The translations under genes and the position numbers were made by a program. The notes under the pieces are model-generated. The model was given only the letters and a program-made list of their open reading frames with translations. It ran no database searches and was not told where the DNA came from. Positions 16,071 to 16,560 of a stretch of DNA of 16,560 nucleotides are shown here, piece after piece (the first letter of the stretch is position 1; each line of letters begins with the position of its first letter). Origin of the DNA: Caecitellus pseudoparvulus (Eukaryota > Protista > Bigyra: Bicosoecida); NCBI GenBank assembly GCA_965644315.1, contig CBFFRQ010000160.1, forward strand, positions 1 through 16,560, written 5' to 3'.

Positions 16071-16560
16071 ATGGACGATACAAGATTATCATATTCTTTA
16101 AATTTAAATGGTTCAGGTGTTATTGAATCAGTAATAGAAGGATTGGAGAATGCAGAGAACATAACATTTAAAAATGTAACTATTCAAAATAATTTAGAAG
16201 TAGATGGTGAAGAAATCATTAATGAAGTTGAAACATTCAAAGTAAAAGATGCAATTGTTGAATTTAATAATGCTTCACCTGCTGTAAATGCTGATACTGG
16301 TTTTACTTCAAAAGAAGTTATAGGAGGAAATACAAGATACAAAGGTTTAATATTCAAAAGTGGTCAAGATGTAGGTATTGTTTATAATAATGCTTCAGCA
16401 GAGCCATTAACAACATTAGAACAACCTTATGATTTAGGCACGGTAAGAGTGCGAGATGCAAACAGCCAAAACGAACCAATTACAAAGCAACAATTTGATA
16501 ATAATACGGTTAAATTATCAGGTAATCAAGATATTTCAGGGGTTAAAACATTTAATACTG
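16071..16560 (+). CDS. Fibre/spike-like protein, N-terminal part (runs off the window; absent from the ORF track)
   Basis: Hand translation is open to the end: MDDTRLSYSLNLNGSG...NVTIQNNLEVDG...FKVKDAIVEFN...EPITKQQFDNNTVKLSGNQDISGVKTFNT. GNQxIxGxKTF resembles phage tail-fibre repeats. Confidence 0.72.
   Translation, partial: MDDTRLSYSLNLNGSGVIESVIEGLENAENITFKNVTIQNNLEVDGEEIINEVETFKVKDAIVEFNNASPAVNADTGFTSKEVIGGNTRYKGLIFKSGQDVGIVYNNASAEPLTTLEQPYDLGTVRVRDANSQNEPITKQQFDNNTVKLSGNQDISGVKTFNT

Larger units (their letters stand above)
8464..16560 (+). mobile_element. Endogenous Polinton-like virus (Maverick/Polinton-PLV group), left portion
   Basis: Abrupt GC-to-AT shift. Compact, intronless, co-oriented genes including packaging ATPase, major and minor capsid proteins, lipase and a fibre-like gene. 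Left boundary set by loss of homology with ZnF copy 1. Confidence 0.9.

Noticed and set aside
8464-16560. Classification as a mavirus-like virophage (EMALE), bacterial prophage or contaminant
   Set aside because: MCP size and gene order differ from mavirus. There are no Shine-Dalgarno-like leaders or terminase/portal genes, and the junction falls cleanly inside a host gene paralog. Long-read confirmation is still needed.

Overview
The window is a mosaic from what looks like a GC-rich microbial eukaryote, with a sharp change to AT-rich DNA near 8464-8540. (1) 1-5816, minus strand: an essentially complete tyrosine-recombinase retrotransposon of Ngaro type, with split direct repeats A1-[gag-like, RT/RNase H, YR]-B1-A2-B2. 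Its gag-like and pol ORFs are in the same frame, separated by a single TAG. (2) 5817-8463: host-like DNA with two paralogous copies of a C2H2 zinc-finger gene, a small Ala/Gly-rich ORF and a solo A-B remnant of the retrotransposon (7183-7520). (3) 8464 to the window end: the left part of an endogenous Polinton-like virus (PLV), encoding a class-3 lipase, small charged proteins, a 689-aa protein, an A32-type packaging ATPase, a double-jelly-roll major capsid protein, a minor capsid protein and a truncated fibre-like gene. The retrotransposon interrupts ZnF copy 1 and the virus interrupts ZnF copy 2 at different points, so each paralog shows the empty site of the other insertion. All calls come from motif reading by eye. 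No database search was run and the host species cannot be determined.
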